NCBI GenBank assembly: GCA_037130365.1
Contig: JBAXTE010000022.1
Span: forward strand, 3,116 to 67,115
DNA from: Bacteroidota bacterium
GTDB taxonomy: Bacteria > Bacteroidota > Bacteroidia > Bacteroidales > WCHB1-69
Length of the DNA stretch: 64,000 nt
Direction of reading: 5' to 3'
Positions 19,754 to 30,773 of the stretch are shown piece by piece; the first letter of the stretch is position 1; each line of letters opens with the position of its first letter. Position numbers and translations under genes: made by a program. The notes beneath the pieces were generated by a model. The model did no database searches and was not told where the DNA came from. It saw nothing but the letters and a program-made list of their open reading frames with translations.

Positions 19754-21022
19754 ATGATTATACCAGAATTTGAACTTCCTAGTTTTATGACCAACTTCGT
19801 CTTGGTTACCGTCTTTTCGCTAATAATTGGATTATCACAACGTAGGTTACAGGACGCTCACGAAGCGGCCTTATCTTTTGGTACCGACCGCACATTTACT
19901 TTTATTGGGATGTTGGGGTACATTTTATATATCATCAGACCACAAGACCAATTGCTTTTTATTGTAGGTTTTGTCATAATCTCACTTTTTTTGATGCTGT
20001 TCTATTTTTACAAAATGCAACAATCAAAAAGCTATGGATTAACCTCGATTGTAATATCATTAATCACCTATAGTCTAGGACTATTACTTGTTACTCAACC
20101 ATTTTGGTTTTTTCTGCTAATTGTAGCTGTCGTGCTTATTTTTACAGAATTGAAGGAATCCTTTATGACTGTTTCTAAGCGTTTTAACAAAGATGAATTC
20201 TTGACTTTAGCTAAGTTTATTGTAATGGCTGGAGTTATTTTGCCAATTGTTCCAAACACTCCTTTTGTTTCATATTTGAGTCTTACTCCGTATAAAATTT
20301 GGATGGCTGTTGTGGTAATATCTTCAATTTCGTATATCAGTTATTTACTTAAGAAATTTGTCTTTCCCGATTCTGGAGTTATGCTCACAGGTATTTTAGG
20401 CGGATTATATAGTAGTACAGCTACTACTTTTATTCTAGCTCGTAAAATGAAAGAATGTCAAGGAGAAACATCTCAATTTGTTGCCGCTATTATAATGGCT
20501 ACCTCTATGATGTACTTGAGAATATTAGTGCTAATATTAATTTTTAATCAAGGATTATTTGATGTTGTTTGGATGTGGTTTTTGTTTATGTTTGCGATCT
20601 CTGCATCCATCAGCTTATTAATTCGATTAAAATTCCGTAAGCTAGCCATAAATAATCAATCAACCGGAGACGATAAAAACCCACTAGAGTTTAAAATTGC
20701 TATTTTATTTACCATTTTATTTGTTGCATTTACCTTTATAACCCACTTTACAATACAATATTTAGGTTCAAATGGTTTGCAAATTTTATCTCTTGTGGTT
20801 GGGGTTTCAGATATTGACCCATTTTTGTTAAATCTTTTTCAAGGACATTACGATGTTTCGCTAACTGTTATCGCAATTGCATCGTTCCAAGCAATTATTA
20901 GTAACAATGTATTAAAAGCACTGTATGCTTTTTGGCTCTCTGGAATGAAAAGTAAATCGCTAATCTTGGGTTCTTTTGCACTTATAATACTTGCAAATGT
21001 GTTGATACTCTTTCTGTTATAA
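19754..21022 (+). CDS. MgtC/SapB family membrane protein with DUF4010
   Basis: FGTDRTFTFIG, GGLYSSTATT, GVSDIDPF; polytopic. Confidence 0.88.
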   Translation: MIIPEFELPSFMTNFVLVTVFSLIIGLSQRRLQDAHEAALSFGTDRTFTFIGMLGYILYIIRPQDQLLFIVGFVIISLFLMLFYFYKMQQSKSYGLTSIVISLITYSLGLLLVTQPFWFFLLIVAVVLIFTELKESFMTVSKRFNKDEFLTLAKFIVMAGVILPIVPNTPFVSYLSLTPYKIWMAVVVISSISYISYLLKKFVFPDSGVMLTGILGGLYSSTATTFILARKMKECQGETSQFVAAIIMATSMMYLRILVLILIFNQGLFDVVWMWFLFMFAISASISLLIRLKFRKLAINNQSTGDDKNPLEFKIAILFTILFVAFTFITHFTIQYLGSNGLQILSLVVGVSDIDPFLLNLFQGHYDVSLTVIAIASFQAIISNNVLKALYAFWLSGMKSKSLILGSFALIILANVLILFLL

Positions 21023-21094
21023 TTACTTATATAAGATTGATTAGTGATTTTATTAAATGATGAATGATTTTATTAAATCATCAATAATCATTTG

Positions 21095-23149
21095 CTAAAA
21101 AAGAGTAACTCGATCATATTTCAACAAAATTTGCTCATTTGAACCGGTAGTTGCTCCCCAAATTTGATAGAAATACACTCCAAATTCAACTCTTTGAGAA
21201 CCATATTTCCCATCCCAGCCTATATTCCAATCTGAAGTAACAAATATTTGTTCGCCCCACCGATTAAAAATAATCATTTTGTAATTGGGTATTGCTGCGC
21301 CTACAGGTTTGAAAGAATCGTTTAAACCATCTTTGTTAGGACTAAATGAATTAGCAATCCACCAATCGCAGAATCCTTGTGCCACAAAAATACTATCGGA
21401 ATAGCTGCATTGTCCATTAATTATGGTTAATGCATAAGTGTTTGATTGATCAATAGTTATATAGCTATTTAAATTTCCATTAGACCAATAATAATCTAAA
21501 TTTTGATTAGGAACTCCAATAGAAATAGGATTTTGTTCGCAAACTAAAGTGTCTAATCCTAAACTAAAATGTGGAATTGTATCAACATATACAGTTACAG
21601 TATCTCGAGCAGTTCCGCAATTGTTTGTGATTGAAGCAAAATATTTAGTGGTTTCTGTAGGTTGCACAATTGGCGCTTGACCGGTTAAATCAACCCAAAA
21701 TAATTCGCCAGGACCAGAGCCAAATAATAATACATCATTGCCCTCACAAATTGTGGTGTCGGGTCTTACCGATATGTTTATGTATGATTTTATTACCGTT
21801 ATAGTATCTGATTCTGAGTCGTTACAAATGTCTGTAGCATTGATTATAAACGTGCTTATACTATCCACGGGCATCAATGTTTGTGAAAGGTTTGTTGCTC
21901 CATTGCTCCAAGTAAATTGGTGAGGAAGAAATCCGTCGATGAGTGTAGCTGTAAGGTTAGCACTATCACCATCGCATACTAATGTGTCTCCAACTAAAGT
22001 AAGCTTAAGTGAATCTCTGTTGATGATATTAATGGTGACCGTGTCGAAAATATCATAACATATAGAGGTTTTTATAATGAATTTTATGTTTTCTATACCT
22101 TCCGAAATATTATCCATAATTGGATGAATATTTATAAACGTGGAATCTTGATTAGCTGGGACAATAATATAGTCATAATTGCTCGGAGTTAATATATAAT
22201 CTGTATTTCTAGTAGCAGTTCCAGTTACTTGATAATCGAGCCAATAATCGGAGGTAGGAGTGAACGGAAGTTTGATTTTTAAATTTGCATCACTACATCC
22301 TTCAATAGCATTTCCTGGACTTATTTCTGTTTGAAAGTTTGGAGAAATAGTTACCCGAGGACTGCTAAAACTGTTGGCTTCTAAAAAAACTCCAGAATCA
22401 TAAACTGCATCTCCAACATCTCCAATAGCTAACTTTATATGATATTGAGTACAAGGTGTAACTCGAGCCCAAGCTGTAAGGATTATAGTTTTTCCGCCAA
22501 AAACTAAACTTGAGCTAGAAGCATTGTTAATGTAATAGGAAGTGTTTGTATGGTCATTAATATTGTCGATGGCAACGGGAGTGTTAGTGCCAGGAATCAG
22601 CGCAATATTCTTATTGGTATAACTGCCTCCAGCAGGGTTAATACCTGATATAAAAAACCCAAATATATCGTTAACCCCAAAGCCTACAAAATTTGGATAC
22701 TCCTCACTTGCAAAAATATAACGAAACCTCACAGTGTCTGATTCAGGAATAAAATCAAATTCTAAAACGGAAGCATCTTTAACCACAGCATCAGCAATGG
22801 CCGCTAATTGTGGGTCAGAACCTTGTGAATTATCCGTACTTGCAAATGAAGTTGCATTACCACTCACTGCAGTTGCAAGTCCTGTACTTAAAATAATCCC
22901 ACTCGAAAATGGCAAAGATGCAGATGTAGAAGTGAATTTTCCAATTGCTGCATTTGAGCCATGGTATTGAATATTGCTTGCTGTTACACCCACACCAATT
23001 AGCACATTCTGAACAGCAGAATTTGGAGTAATTGAGGTAACAGAAATCTGAGCTGAAATAGTAATATTCCAGATTGAAAAAATAAAAAATAGTAAGATGA
23101 GCGTAATTCGTTTATTCATGAGTAATAATATTATTTTTTTCATCACCAT
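21095..23149 (-). CDS. Choice-of-anchor L domain protein with gliding-motility-type (T9SS type B) C-terminal domain
   Basis: LEFDFIPE..FRYIFASEEYP, KLAIGDVGDAVYDSGVFLE; C-terminal NSFSPNKDGLND...IFNRWGE; start may be 23143 or 23119. Confidence 0.88.
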   Translation of the reverse strand: MVMKKIILLLMNKRITLILLFFIFSIWNITISAQISVTSITPNSAVQNVLIGVGVTASNIQYHGSNAAIGKFTSTSASLPFSSGIILSTGLATAVSGNATSFASTDNSQGSDPQLAAIADAVVKDASVLEFDFIPESDTVRFRYIFASEEYPNFVGFGVNDIFGFFISGINPAGGSYTNKNIALIPGTNTPVAIDNINDHTNTSYYINNASSSSLVFGGKTIILTAWARVTPCTQYHIKLAIGDVGDAVYDSGVFLEANSFSSPRVTISPNFQTEISPGNAIEGCSDANLKIKLPFTPTSDYWLDYQVTGTATRNTDYILTPSNYDYIIVPANQDSTFINIHPIMDNISEGIENIKFIIKTSICYDIFDTVTINIINRDSLKLTLVGDTLVCDGDSANLTATLIDGFLPHQFTWSNGATNLSQTLMPVDSISTFIINATDICNDSESDTITVIKSYINISVRPDTTICEGNDVLLFGSGPGELFWVDLTGQAPIVQPTETTKYFASITNNCGTARDTVTVYVDTIPHFSLGLDTLVCEQNPISIGVPNQNLDYYWSNGNLNSYITIDQSNTYALTIINGQCSYSDSIFVAQGFCDWWIANSFSPNKDGLNDSFKPVGAAIPNYKMIIFNRWGEQIFVTSDWNIGWDGKYGSQRVEFGVYFYQIWGATTGSNEQILLKYDRVTLF

Positions 23150-23516
23150 TTTAAAGACAGTTTCTTTTAAAAAATGGTTGTTCCATTCCTAAACTATATT
23201 TCTTGGTTTTGCAAAAATAATACTTTTTTGCTAGAAACTATCTAAATCCTGTTAGATTTAGTAAAAGTGGATTTGTTAATACTAATAAAGGTTTTAGAAA
23301 ACTAAAACCTTTATCTTTGTCGGGGTAAGAACCCGATTTTGTTACATTTTAGGGTAATCTTTGGGTAGTTTGAAATATGTGTAAAACATTATAAAACTGA
23401 GTTTTAAGGGATAAATATATTTGGGGTAATTTTTAGTTAATGTAAAAAAGGTGTGCAAATGGTGTGCAATATTTAAAAATAGTGTACCTTTGACCTTGTC
23501 AAATATACATAAAAAT

Positions 23517-24794
23517 ATGGAAGCAAAAGCAGTAGTATATAAAAAATCAATAATAATTTATTATAAAAAAAACAAAGATACACTTCGTTTTCCAACTGGA
23601 ATAACCAAAATTCCAAGTGACATATACTACTTTAAAGAAGGCAGATTAACACCTAAAAACACAAATTATAAAAGCAAAAATGAATTAATTTTATCGATAT
23701 TGCAACCAATAAACGAATTTATTTTGAAATATAAACTTGCAAATGCTAAAGATCCTTCTGTTGCAGTTATAAAAGAATTTCTAGCAAATAAATCAGAAAA
23801 AGTTGAAGTTATTGAAAGTAAAGTTGAGCAAAATCAACTATCTTTTGAGGTGTTTTATAATAAAATGTTTGATGAAAAAAAACTTGAAGCAATTCAACCT
23901 TCAAGTCTAAAAGACTATAAAAGCACATTGAATTCACTTCTTCTATATCAACATATTAAAAGTAAAAAAAAACTGACTTTGGAAAATATTAACTCAGCAG
24001 ACTTCTTGAAAAAGTTTGAGAAATTTCTATCAGAAAAACAAACTGATAAAGACGGAAAGTCGCTGGAGAATTTTAAAACGGTTGGGGGATTAAATGTAAA
24101 CACTGTAAAAAAAAGAATTAGTACAACCACCACATTCTTGAGATATTGCCACAAAAGCAAAGAAATTGATTTTTCTATATCTCCAGGAGTGGATATGTTT
24201 AAAACACAACTAAAAAAATTCCGCCCAACTCTTACTATTATAACCAAGGAGGAACAACAACAACTTTTAGCTTTAAATCTTCAAGGTGATGAAGAAAAAT
24301 TAAGGGATATTTTAATCTTTTTATGTTTGACGGGGCTCAGGTATTCAGACCTTCTCACTTTACATAAAGATTTTATTCGTGGTGGGTATATAATAAAAGA
24401 AGCACAAAAAACAGGAATCCAATTTAAAATTCCATTGACAAAAAAAGCAACTGAATTAATCAAAAAGTACAATTGTAATTTCAATATTTTTTCAACACAA
24501 CAATTCAATTTAAACATTAAAGAATTGCTAAAAGAACATAATATTTGTACAGAAATAATTAATATTAAGAATAAGGTATATTCAACAACAGTATATACAC
24601 AAAAGGTTAAATATAAGGAGATTGGAACTCACACTGGCAGGAGGAGTTTTGTTGCAAATTGTATTATAAATGGTTTCCCAATTCCTGAAATAATGGGGTT
24701 CACAGGACACTCTCAGTTAAGTAGCTTTCAATGCTATGTTGACCAATTTCAAGTTTCAAAAAATGAGCTTGAAAAAATTCAAGCTCTGGACTAA
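23517..24794 (+). CDS. Tyrosine recombinase/integrase (SAM-like domain plus catalytic domain)
   Basis: TGLRYSD, HTGRRSF, TGH...CY catalytic R-H-x-x-R-H-Y set; ATG at 23517 (ORF track starts at GTG 23451). Confidence 0.93.
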   Translation: MEAKAVVYKKSIIIYYKKNKDTLRFPTGITKIPSDIYYFKEGRLTPKNTNYKSKNELILSILQPINEFILKYKLANAKDPSVAVIKEFLANKSEKVEVIESKVEQNQLSFEVFYNKMFDEKKLEAIQPSSLKDYKSTLNSLLLYQHIKSKKKLTLENINSADFLKKFEKFLSEKQTDKDGKSLENFKTVGGLNVNTVKKRISTTTTFLRYCHKSKEIDFSISPGVDMFKTQLKKFRPTLTIITKEEQQQLLALNLQGDEEKLRDILIFLCLTGLRYSDLLTLHKDFIRGGYIIKEAQKTGIQFKIPLTKKATELIKKYNCNFNIFSTQQFNLNIKELLKEHNICTEIINIKNKVYSTTVYTQKVKYKEIGTHTGRRSFVANCIINGFPIPEIMGFTGHSQLSSFQCYVDQFQVSKNELEKIQALD

Positions 24795-25198
24795 CCTGCT
24801 CTATTAAAATATTCTGGTTTAAATAGATATGGGTTTTCCGATTTGAGTTCTTTTAATTTCTTCATAAACTCAATTACATTTTTCTTTTTATATTGCTTAA
24901 ACTTTCCAATTTTACCTTCTTCTTTGAGTTCAATTTCTTTGTAGAGTTTAACGTTTTTTCTGTACAACCAGAATGTTTTTGAAGAGATGCCGTATTTTAG
25001 TAGTACATCTTTAATAGTCCAGCATCCTTCTAGATCCTTTTTTAAGTCTAGTTTTTCCTTATTCAAATCATTAATGAGTTGTGGCTCATTTTTCAGCACC
25101 CAGGATATTACTCCTTTAAATTCCGAGAGGTAATTTTGCATGTTGTTAAATTTATTATTTATGCATTCTAGTTCATCGTAAATATTAATATTTTCCAT
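24791..25198 (-). CDS. Small DNA-binding protein, excisionase/MerR-like HTH
   Basis: WTIKDVLLKYGISSKTFWLYRK helix-turn-helix pattern; convergent with the integrase. Confidence 0.5.
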   Translation of the reverse strand: MENINIYDELECINNKFNNMQNYLSEFKGVISWVLKNEPQLINDLNKEKLDLKKDLEGCWTIKDVLLKYGISSKTFWLYRKNVKLYKEIELKEEGKIGKFKQYKKKNVIEFMKKLKELKSENPYLFKPEYFNRAG

Positions 25199-25959
25199 TT
25201 TTTATTTTTTTCTTATTATTTTTAGTTTTTACTTATTTAATTACTCTATTCTGATCAAGATTAATAAAAGTATTAATTAATGAAATGATCTTTTGATATT
25301 TTGAATTCTTTATTAATTGAATCCATTTTTTTATTTATTCAATTATTGATTAAATTTTGCGGTTTTTTGCATTTCTTATTTTATTTATATTTTTACATTT
25401 TCTTCTCCTTTCATTTATTGTAATTATAATTTATTTTTTTGTTTATTTTTAAAAGTATTGATTATAAAGTAGTTGAAAAGAGGTTGATTTATAACTACTT
25501 CTTTATTCATTATTAATTACATGCACTTCATAATAAGCATGTAAAATAAAGATGACATTGTTAAATTAATTATATTTAGTTGTGAGGAATTGAAAATGAA
25601 ATTTTAAAAACATTTTTAATAATTTGCAATAAATACATTTATATAACAATTAAGAGACGCAGCAAATATTAAAAAGGGTGCTTTCTTGTTTTTTTAATGC
25701 AATCAATTTATTCTAAGAAATAATCAATATGTTTATCACCATTTTTAAAAACAGACACAGCTTAAAAGAAGATGGTTGCATCTTTGTTTTTAGTGTTTTG
25801 TAGTTGTGAAGTAAATTTTATTTATTCAAAAAAGAATATTCAATATCGGTTCCAGTGTATTTAACACAAAATGGACTTATAAGAAAGATAATAAAAAAAG
25901 ATGGAAGAATAAAATGAATATCTTATATTTTTAAACTATTTAGCTGAAAGAATTAAATT

Positions 25960-26139
25960 AAAATATAATAATTATGGCAATTTAATTACTGAGTCTATAT
26001 GTAAATTTAACAAAGACCCAATTAATACTTACACATACAGTTATAGTGAATATGATGCTCAAGGAAATTGGTATAAAAAAACAAATTTCTAAATGAAATA
26101 CCCATTGAAATTGTTGTAAGAGAAATAATTTACTATTAG
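25960..26139 (+). pseudogene. 3' remnant of a YD-repeat-like protein gene
   Basis: Reads NNYGNLITESICKFNKDPINTYTYSYSEYDAQGNWYKKTNF, then after a frameshift near 26090 NEIPIEIVVREIIYY*; stops upstream. Confidence 0.55.
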
Positions 26140-26168
26140 AAGTTCTAAGTTAATATTAAAGTAATGCT

Positions 26169-29100
26169 TTAAATTACTTTGTTTAACCGATTGTAAACCT
26201 TTTTAAGCATATATGTTTTAACTATTTCACCAAACTCCTTGTCGTCTATCATTTTGCCAAAGATGTCTTGATTTTGCTCCATTCGGGCAATTAGTTTGTC
26301 CATAAACATATCATCAAAGCCAAATTTAAAGTTTTCAATGGAATTACTTTGAGCTTGCAATAACAATTTATCATCAGAAACTAATTCTTCTTCAATTTGA
26401 TCGAAGAATAATTTATCTGCTTGATTGAATTCGGTTGAGAATCTTTTGTTTAGCACTTCAATAATTTCAGAAAGTGCTGTTTTCTCTTCGTTTGATAAGC
26501 GAATTCCAGAATCTCCACCAACTTCTAATTTGTATTCCCCTTGTGATTCCATAGCAATACTTTGTTCTGCTATCTTTTGAAGTCGGTAATATTCTAATGA
26601 AACTTCATCACCAAGTTTAAATCGGTCATTCTGATTTGTTTTAGGTAATTTTTTGAGTAAATATTTAGTGTATGTAAATAGCTTTTCCAAATCTATGTCA
26701 GAAAATGGCATTATTTGAGATAAAAAAGAGTAGGCTCTATAAAAGGATTGAAGTGTATTTTTGAAACTATCTTGTGTAATTTCAGTTCCTATTACATCTT
26801 CTTTTGTATCGTCTTTTGGTAGTTGTTTAAAACGTTCAACAGCAGGGTCAATATAGGCATATAATTTACTTTGCTCTGCTACTGATAAGCTTTTGGCTGA
26901 TTTAAAGAAAACATTACAGAAATTTGTAACTTCGGTTTGCCAAATAATTTGTGCCTTATCAATTTCTGCTTTTAAATCGTATAAATGATTTGGGTCGGAG
27001 TTTTCAACTATTGTTGTTAACTCATAGTATGGTTGGAATGAATTTAATATATCGTCAGTTTCGTTTACAAAATCTAATATAAATGTATCTTCCTTGCCAG
27101 GGTACATACGATTTAACCGAGATAATGTTTGAACCGCTTTTACCCCACTCAATTTTTTATCAACATACATCGTGTGAAGCAAAGGTTGGTCGAATCCAGT
27201 TTGATATTTGTCAGCAACCAGTAACAAACTGTATTCATCGGTTGCAAACCTTTTAGGCAGTTCTTTTTCGCTGAATCCGTTTATTTCTACTTCTGTAACT
27301 CCCTCTGGATATATGTCGTAAATTACTTTTCCAGAAAATGCTACTAATGTTTTTATATCTGTATAGCCTTTCTCTTTGATGTATTTATCGAATTCCTCTT
27401 TATATCTTACTGCATGTAATCGTGAACTACTTACTACCATTGCTTTTGCTTTGCCACCCATTTTTTTTGATACAATTTGTCTGAAGTGTTCAACCATTAC
27501 TTCGGTTTTTTGCGCCAAATTATGAGGATGTAAAGACAAGAAACGGGCTATGACTCTAGCAGCTTGCTTCTTATTTACCTTGGGGTCGTCTTCGATTTTT
27601 TTTGATAACTTAAAGTACGTTTTATATGTAGTATAATTTTTAAGCACATCGAGGATAAAACCTTCTTCTATGGCTTGTCGCATGGAATAAAGATGAAATG
27701 GTTTTGGAATACCATCTTTGTCTTTTGTGCCAAATACTTGTACTGTTTTGGATTTTGGTGTGGCAGTAAATGCAAAGAAACTTAAATTATCTTGTTTTCC
27801 CCGTGCCATCATCGATTTCCGAATTTCATCTTCGGCATCCTCTTCAAGTCCTGAATATGCATCCTCAACTTCCGCTTCCTCTAATGATTTTGCTGATAGC
27901 ACTTCCTTCATTTTCTTTGATGCTTCGCCTCCTTGTGACGAGTGAGCTTCATCGATAATAACTGCATATTTTCTGGATGGAAGTTCCCCAATCTTAGATA
28001 AAATGTATGGGAATTTTTGAAGTGTGGTGATTACAATATTTGCACCTGTTGATAAAGCATCTGCAAGTTGCTGGGAGTCTTTATCAATTTTTTGAACTAC
28101 ACCTTCTTTGTGCTCAAATTGATAGATGGTGTTTTGTAATTGAGAATCAAGTACTTTTCTATCTGTAATAACTATGACAGAATCAAAAATCCGATTGTCA
28201 TTTTCATCGTGTAAACTTGATAAACGATAACTTAACCAAGCGATTGAATTTGATTTGCCTGAACCAGCCGAATGTTGAATTAGGTAATTTTGACCAGCAC
28301 CTTTCAATCGGGCATCTTGAGTTAATGCTCTTACTACTTGCATTTGGTGGAAACGAGGAAATATTATTGATTCTTTTTTCTTTTTCACGCCATCCAGCTT
28401 ATATTCTTCAACGCTTAAATGAAGGAACTTTCCAATAATATCCATAAAGCTATCTTTTACCCAGACATATTCCCATAGATACGATGTTCTGTAGCCATTT
28501 GGATTAATTGGGTTTCCAGCTCCGTTATTATTTCCGATGTTAAACGGCAAATATCGTGTGGATTTTCCCGATAACTTGGTGGTCATAAAGCATTCATCGG
28601 CATCTACGGCAAAATGCACTAATGCTCTTTTCTTAAATTGAAATATGGGTTCTGATGGTTCTCTATCGTAAACGTATTGTTTTTTTGCATTGTTAACATC
28701 TTGACCCGAGAATTGATTTTTTAGTTCAATTGTAGCAATTGGCAAACCGTTAATCGACAATACCATATCCAACGAGTTATTGCCATTTCGCTCGTAATAA
28801 AGCTGTCGGGTGACTGATAAATTGTTTTTGGAATACTGAGCTTCTGCTTCGGGATTGAGCTTGCTTTCGGGCTTAAAATAAGCCATTTGAAATTTTACCC
28901 CATAATCGGTAAATCCATTTCGGATAACATCTAAAATACCTCGTAAATCGATTTCTTTAACTAAACGGCTAATGACTTTCTTCTCTACCTCCTCTTTGTG
29001 TATGGTGGTTATTTTATCCCATTCTTTGGGTTGTGAATTCTTTAAAAAATCGGTGATATATTTCGGAAACAAACCAATTTGAGTGTCAAAATCACTGGAA

Positions 29101-29186
29101 AACCCTTTGATATAACCACCATTGGCTAATAAAGCTTCTTCTATTGCTGTTTCAAAGGTTTGCTCTGTATGTATTCCTTGTGCCAT
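26169..29186 (-). CDS. hsdR: Type I restriction endonuclease subunit R
   Basis: DMVLSING..IELKN nuclease motif, QHSAGSGKS Walker A, DEAH, FTATP, QTGFDQP. Confidence 0.96.
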   Translation of the reverse strand: MAQGIHTEQTFETAIEEALLANGGYIKGFSSDFDTQIGLFPKYITDFLKNSQPKEWDKITTIHKEEVEKKVISRLVKEIDLRGILDVIRNGFTDYGVKFQMAYFKPESKLNPEAEAQYSKNNLSVTRQLYYERNGNNSLDMVLSINGLPIATIELKNQFSGQDVNNAKKQYVYDREPSEPIFQFKKRALVHFAVDADECFMTTKLSGKSTRYLPFNIGNNNGAGNPINPNGYRTSYLWEYVWVKDSFMDIIGKFLHLSVEEYKLDGVKKKKESIIFPRFHQMQVVRALTQDARLKGAGQNYLIQHSAGSGKSNSIAWLSYRLSSLHDENDNRIFDSVIVITDRKVLDSQLQNTIYQFEHKEGVVQKIDKDSQQLADALSTGANIVITTLQKFPYILSKIGELPSRKYAVIIDEAHSSQGGEASKKMKEVLSAKSLEEAEVEDAYSGLEEDAEDEIRKSMMARGKQDNLSFFAFTATPKSKTVQVFGTKDKDGIPKPFHLYSMRQAIEEGFILDVLKNYTTYKTYFKLSKKIEDDPKVNKKQAARVIARFLSLHPHNLAQKTEVMVEHFRQIVSKKMGGKAKAMVVSSSRLHAVRYKEEFDKYIKEKGYTDIKTLVAFSGKVIYDIYPEGVTEVEINGFSEKELPKRFATDEYSLLLVADKYQTGFDQPLLHTMYVDKKLSGVKAVQTLSRLNRMYPGKEDTFILDFVNETDDILNSFQPYYELTTIVENSDPNHLYDLKAEIDKAQIIWQTEVTNFCNVFFKSAKSLSVAEQSKLYAYIDPAVERFKQLPKDDTKEDVIGTEITQDSFKNTLQSFYRAYSFLSQIMPFSDIDLEKLFTYTKYLLKKLPKTNQNDRFKLGDEVSLEYYRLQKIAEQSIAMESQGEYKLEVGGDSGIRLSNEEKTALSEIIEVLNKRFSTEFNQADKLFFDQIEEELVSDDKLLLQAQSNSIENFKFGFDDMFMDKLIARMEQNQDIFGKMIDDKEFGEIVKTYMLKKVYNRLNKVI

Positions 29187-29187
29187 A

Positions 29188-30747
29188 TTACTTTGTCGCT
29201 TTTTGTTTTTTCAGTAATGAAATCCCAATACTTGTTTGCTGATATTTTTGATTCCTATTTTTAATATTTTGCTTTATTAAATACTCAATATAGTTTTTCT
29301 CCAATAGAGGTTGTATATGCCTTTTTACATTATCCGTGTGATATTTCAAACCTATGAAGGCTAGTATCTCTTTTTTAGATTTAGGTGTTTTGCAAAATTC
29401 TATAATAGCAATTACTTGGTCGTATACTTGGTCGTATACTTGGTCGTATACTTGGTCGTTTACTTGGTCGTTTACTTGGTCGTTTACTTGATTATTAAAT
29501 GCATCATGAATAGGAATTTCAACAATAAAATGAAGTCTGTCTGGTTCATTTGCATCAAAATGTGGAACACCAGAACCATTTTCTTTTAATGCTCTTACAA
29601 TAGTAGGAATACCTGTACCTCTTCCTTCAGTAAGTTTCAGTTCCTTTAAAAATTCTCCAATTCTTCGGTTTCTATAACGCCTAGCTTTAACTACTCCTTT
29701 ATCAAAATCCGTTTGTTTAAGTGATGGGTCAGCACCGCTATAACTGATAATTTCAATTGCATTGGGAAGCACTCTAATTTCAATTGGGTCTTGTAATTCG
29801 TAATTCCTATGGTAAACGGCATTCGATAACGCTTCCTCAATTGCATCGTATGGATAATTAAACGATCTTTCCGATTTCTCATAATCTGAATGTTTAATCA
29901 CCTTTTCTTTGATAATATGAGCTTTTATATATGAAAGTACATCAATTAATTGTTTTTGGATAGTTCCTGTAAATATCTTTTCCGTAAACTCCTTGCCAGC
30001 CAGCCCATTTGGGAATTCAACTAATTCTATTTGAGCACCTTTAAAATATTTTTGTGGGTTTTTAGAAAACATTAAAAGCCCGACATTTTTTGGTAACAAG
30101 TATTCATTACCACCTTGACATAGATTCATTTTTTCAGAAAGGTCAAAAACTGACATGTTTTCGCTTTCCTCAAACAACTTACTTCGAGTTTCTCCTAAGT
30201 GTTCTCGCATAAGCGATTTGCTTAAATCAGAAACCGATGCAAATGAATTCACCCGGTCGTCAAATGGTATTTTGGCTGTAAGTCCTATTAACTCAGCCTG
30301 TTGTTGAGAATTTGGAATTATTGTGCTTGAATATTGTCGAATACGATAATTGTATGTTTTTGTTTTGGAAGTCACATCATCTGGGACTTTATATGGGCGA
30401 TTTGTTCCAGCTGGCACCCATATTACAAGAACATGCTTGCCATCGATTTCTTCCAAAGATAAATTAGGGAAATAGGGTGGTTGTATGAGGTTCCCATAAC
30501 GAAGCATATCCTGTTGAACGGCTTCAAATGAATCGGAATTAAATCCTAAAACAGGTCGAATCGGTTTTCCATTGGTTTCGTCAACACCAACCACAATATA
30601 TCCACTTCCTTCATTCTCGAAATCGTTGGCAAATGCACATACTGAACGCATAATTGTAACGGGATTCCAGCCCTCCTTGAATTCCATTCGTGGACCTTCT
30701 ACAACAGTACCTGACAGTAAATCTTCGATGTTGATTAATAAGCTCAT
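29188..30747 (-). CDS. Schlafen/AlbA_2 domain + HATPase_c_4-like domain + C-terminal HTH protein
   Basis: VEGPRMEFKE...AFAN..GYIVVGV; EEALSNAVYHRNY; YRNRRIGEFLKELKLTEGRGTG; NDQV repeat linker; HTH tail. Confidence 0.85.
   Translation of the reverse strand: MSLLINIEDLLSGTVVEGPRMEFKEGWNPVTIMRSVCAFANDFENEGSGYIVVGVDETNGKPIRPVLGFNSDSFEAVQQDMLRYGNLIQPPYFPNLSLEEIDGKHVLVIWVPAGTNRPYKVPDDVTSKTKTYNYRIRQYSSTIIPNSQQQAELIGLTAKIPFDDRVNSFASVSDLSKSLMREHLGETRSKLFEESENMSVFDLSEKMNLCQGGNEYLLPKNVGLLMFSKNPQKYFKGAQIELVEFPNGLAGKEFTEKIFTGTIQKQLIDVLSYIKAHIIKEKVIKHSDYEKSERSFNYPYDAIEEALSNAVYHRNYELQDPIEIRVLPNAIEIISYSGADPSLKQTDFDKGVVKARRYRNRRIGEFLKELKLTEGRGTGIPTIVRALKENGSGVPHFDANEPDRLHFIVEIPIHDAFNNQVNDQVNDQVNDQVYDQVYDQVYDQVIAIIEFCKTPKSKKEILAFIGLKYHTDNVKRHIQPLLEKNYIEYLIKQNIKNRNQKYQQTSIGISLLKKQKATK
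29413..29490. repeat. In-frame 12-bp tandem repeat, 6.5 copies (encodes NDQV/YDQV)
   Basis: tacttggtcgta x3, tacttggtcgtt x3, tacttg. Confidence 0.95.
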
Positions 30748-30773
30748 TCTCTCATTTGTTTTGTCAATTAATT

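Noticed and set aside
23320-23340. tcggg-gtaagaa-cccga hairpin as a tRNA fragment (att site)
   Set aside because: Loop lacks the TTCRA T-loop consensus and no acceptor stem or CCA is present.
23517-24794. Integron integrase for the attC-like repeats
   Set aside because: Architecture is phage/ICE-type with a SAM-like domain, and it lies 13 kb from the repeats. The 61502 recombinase is too short. Neither shows a recognisable IntI-specific insertion.
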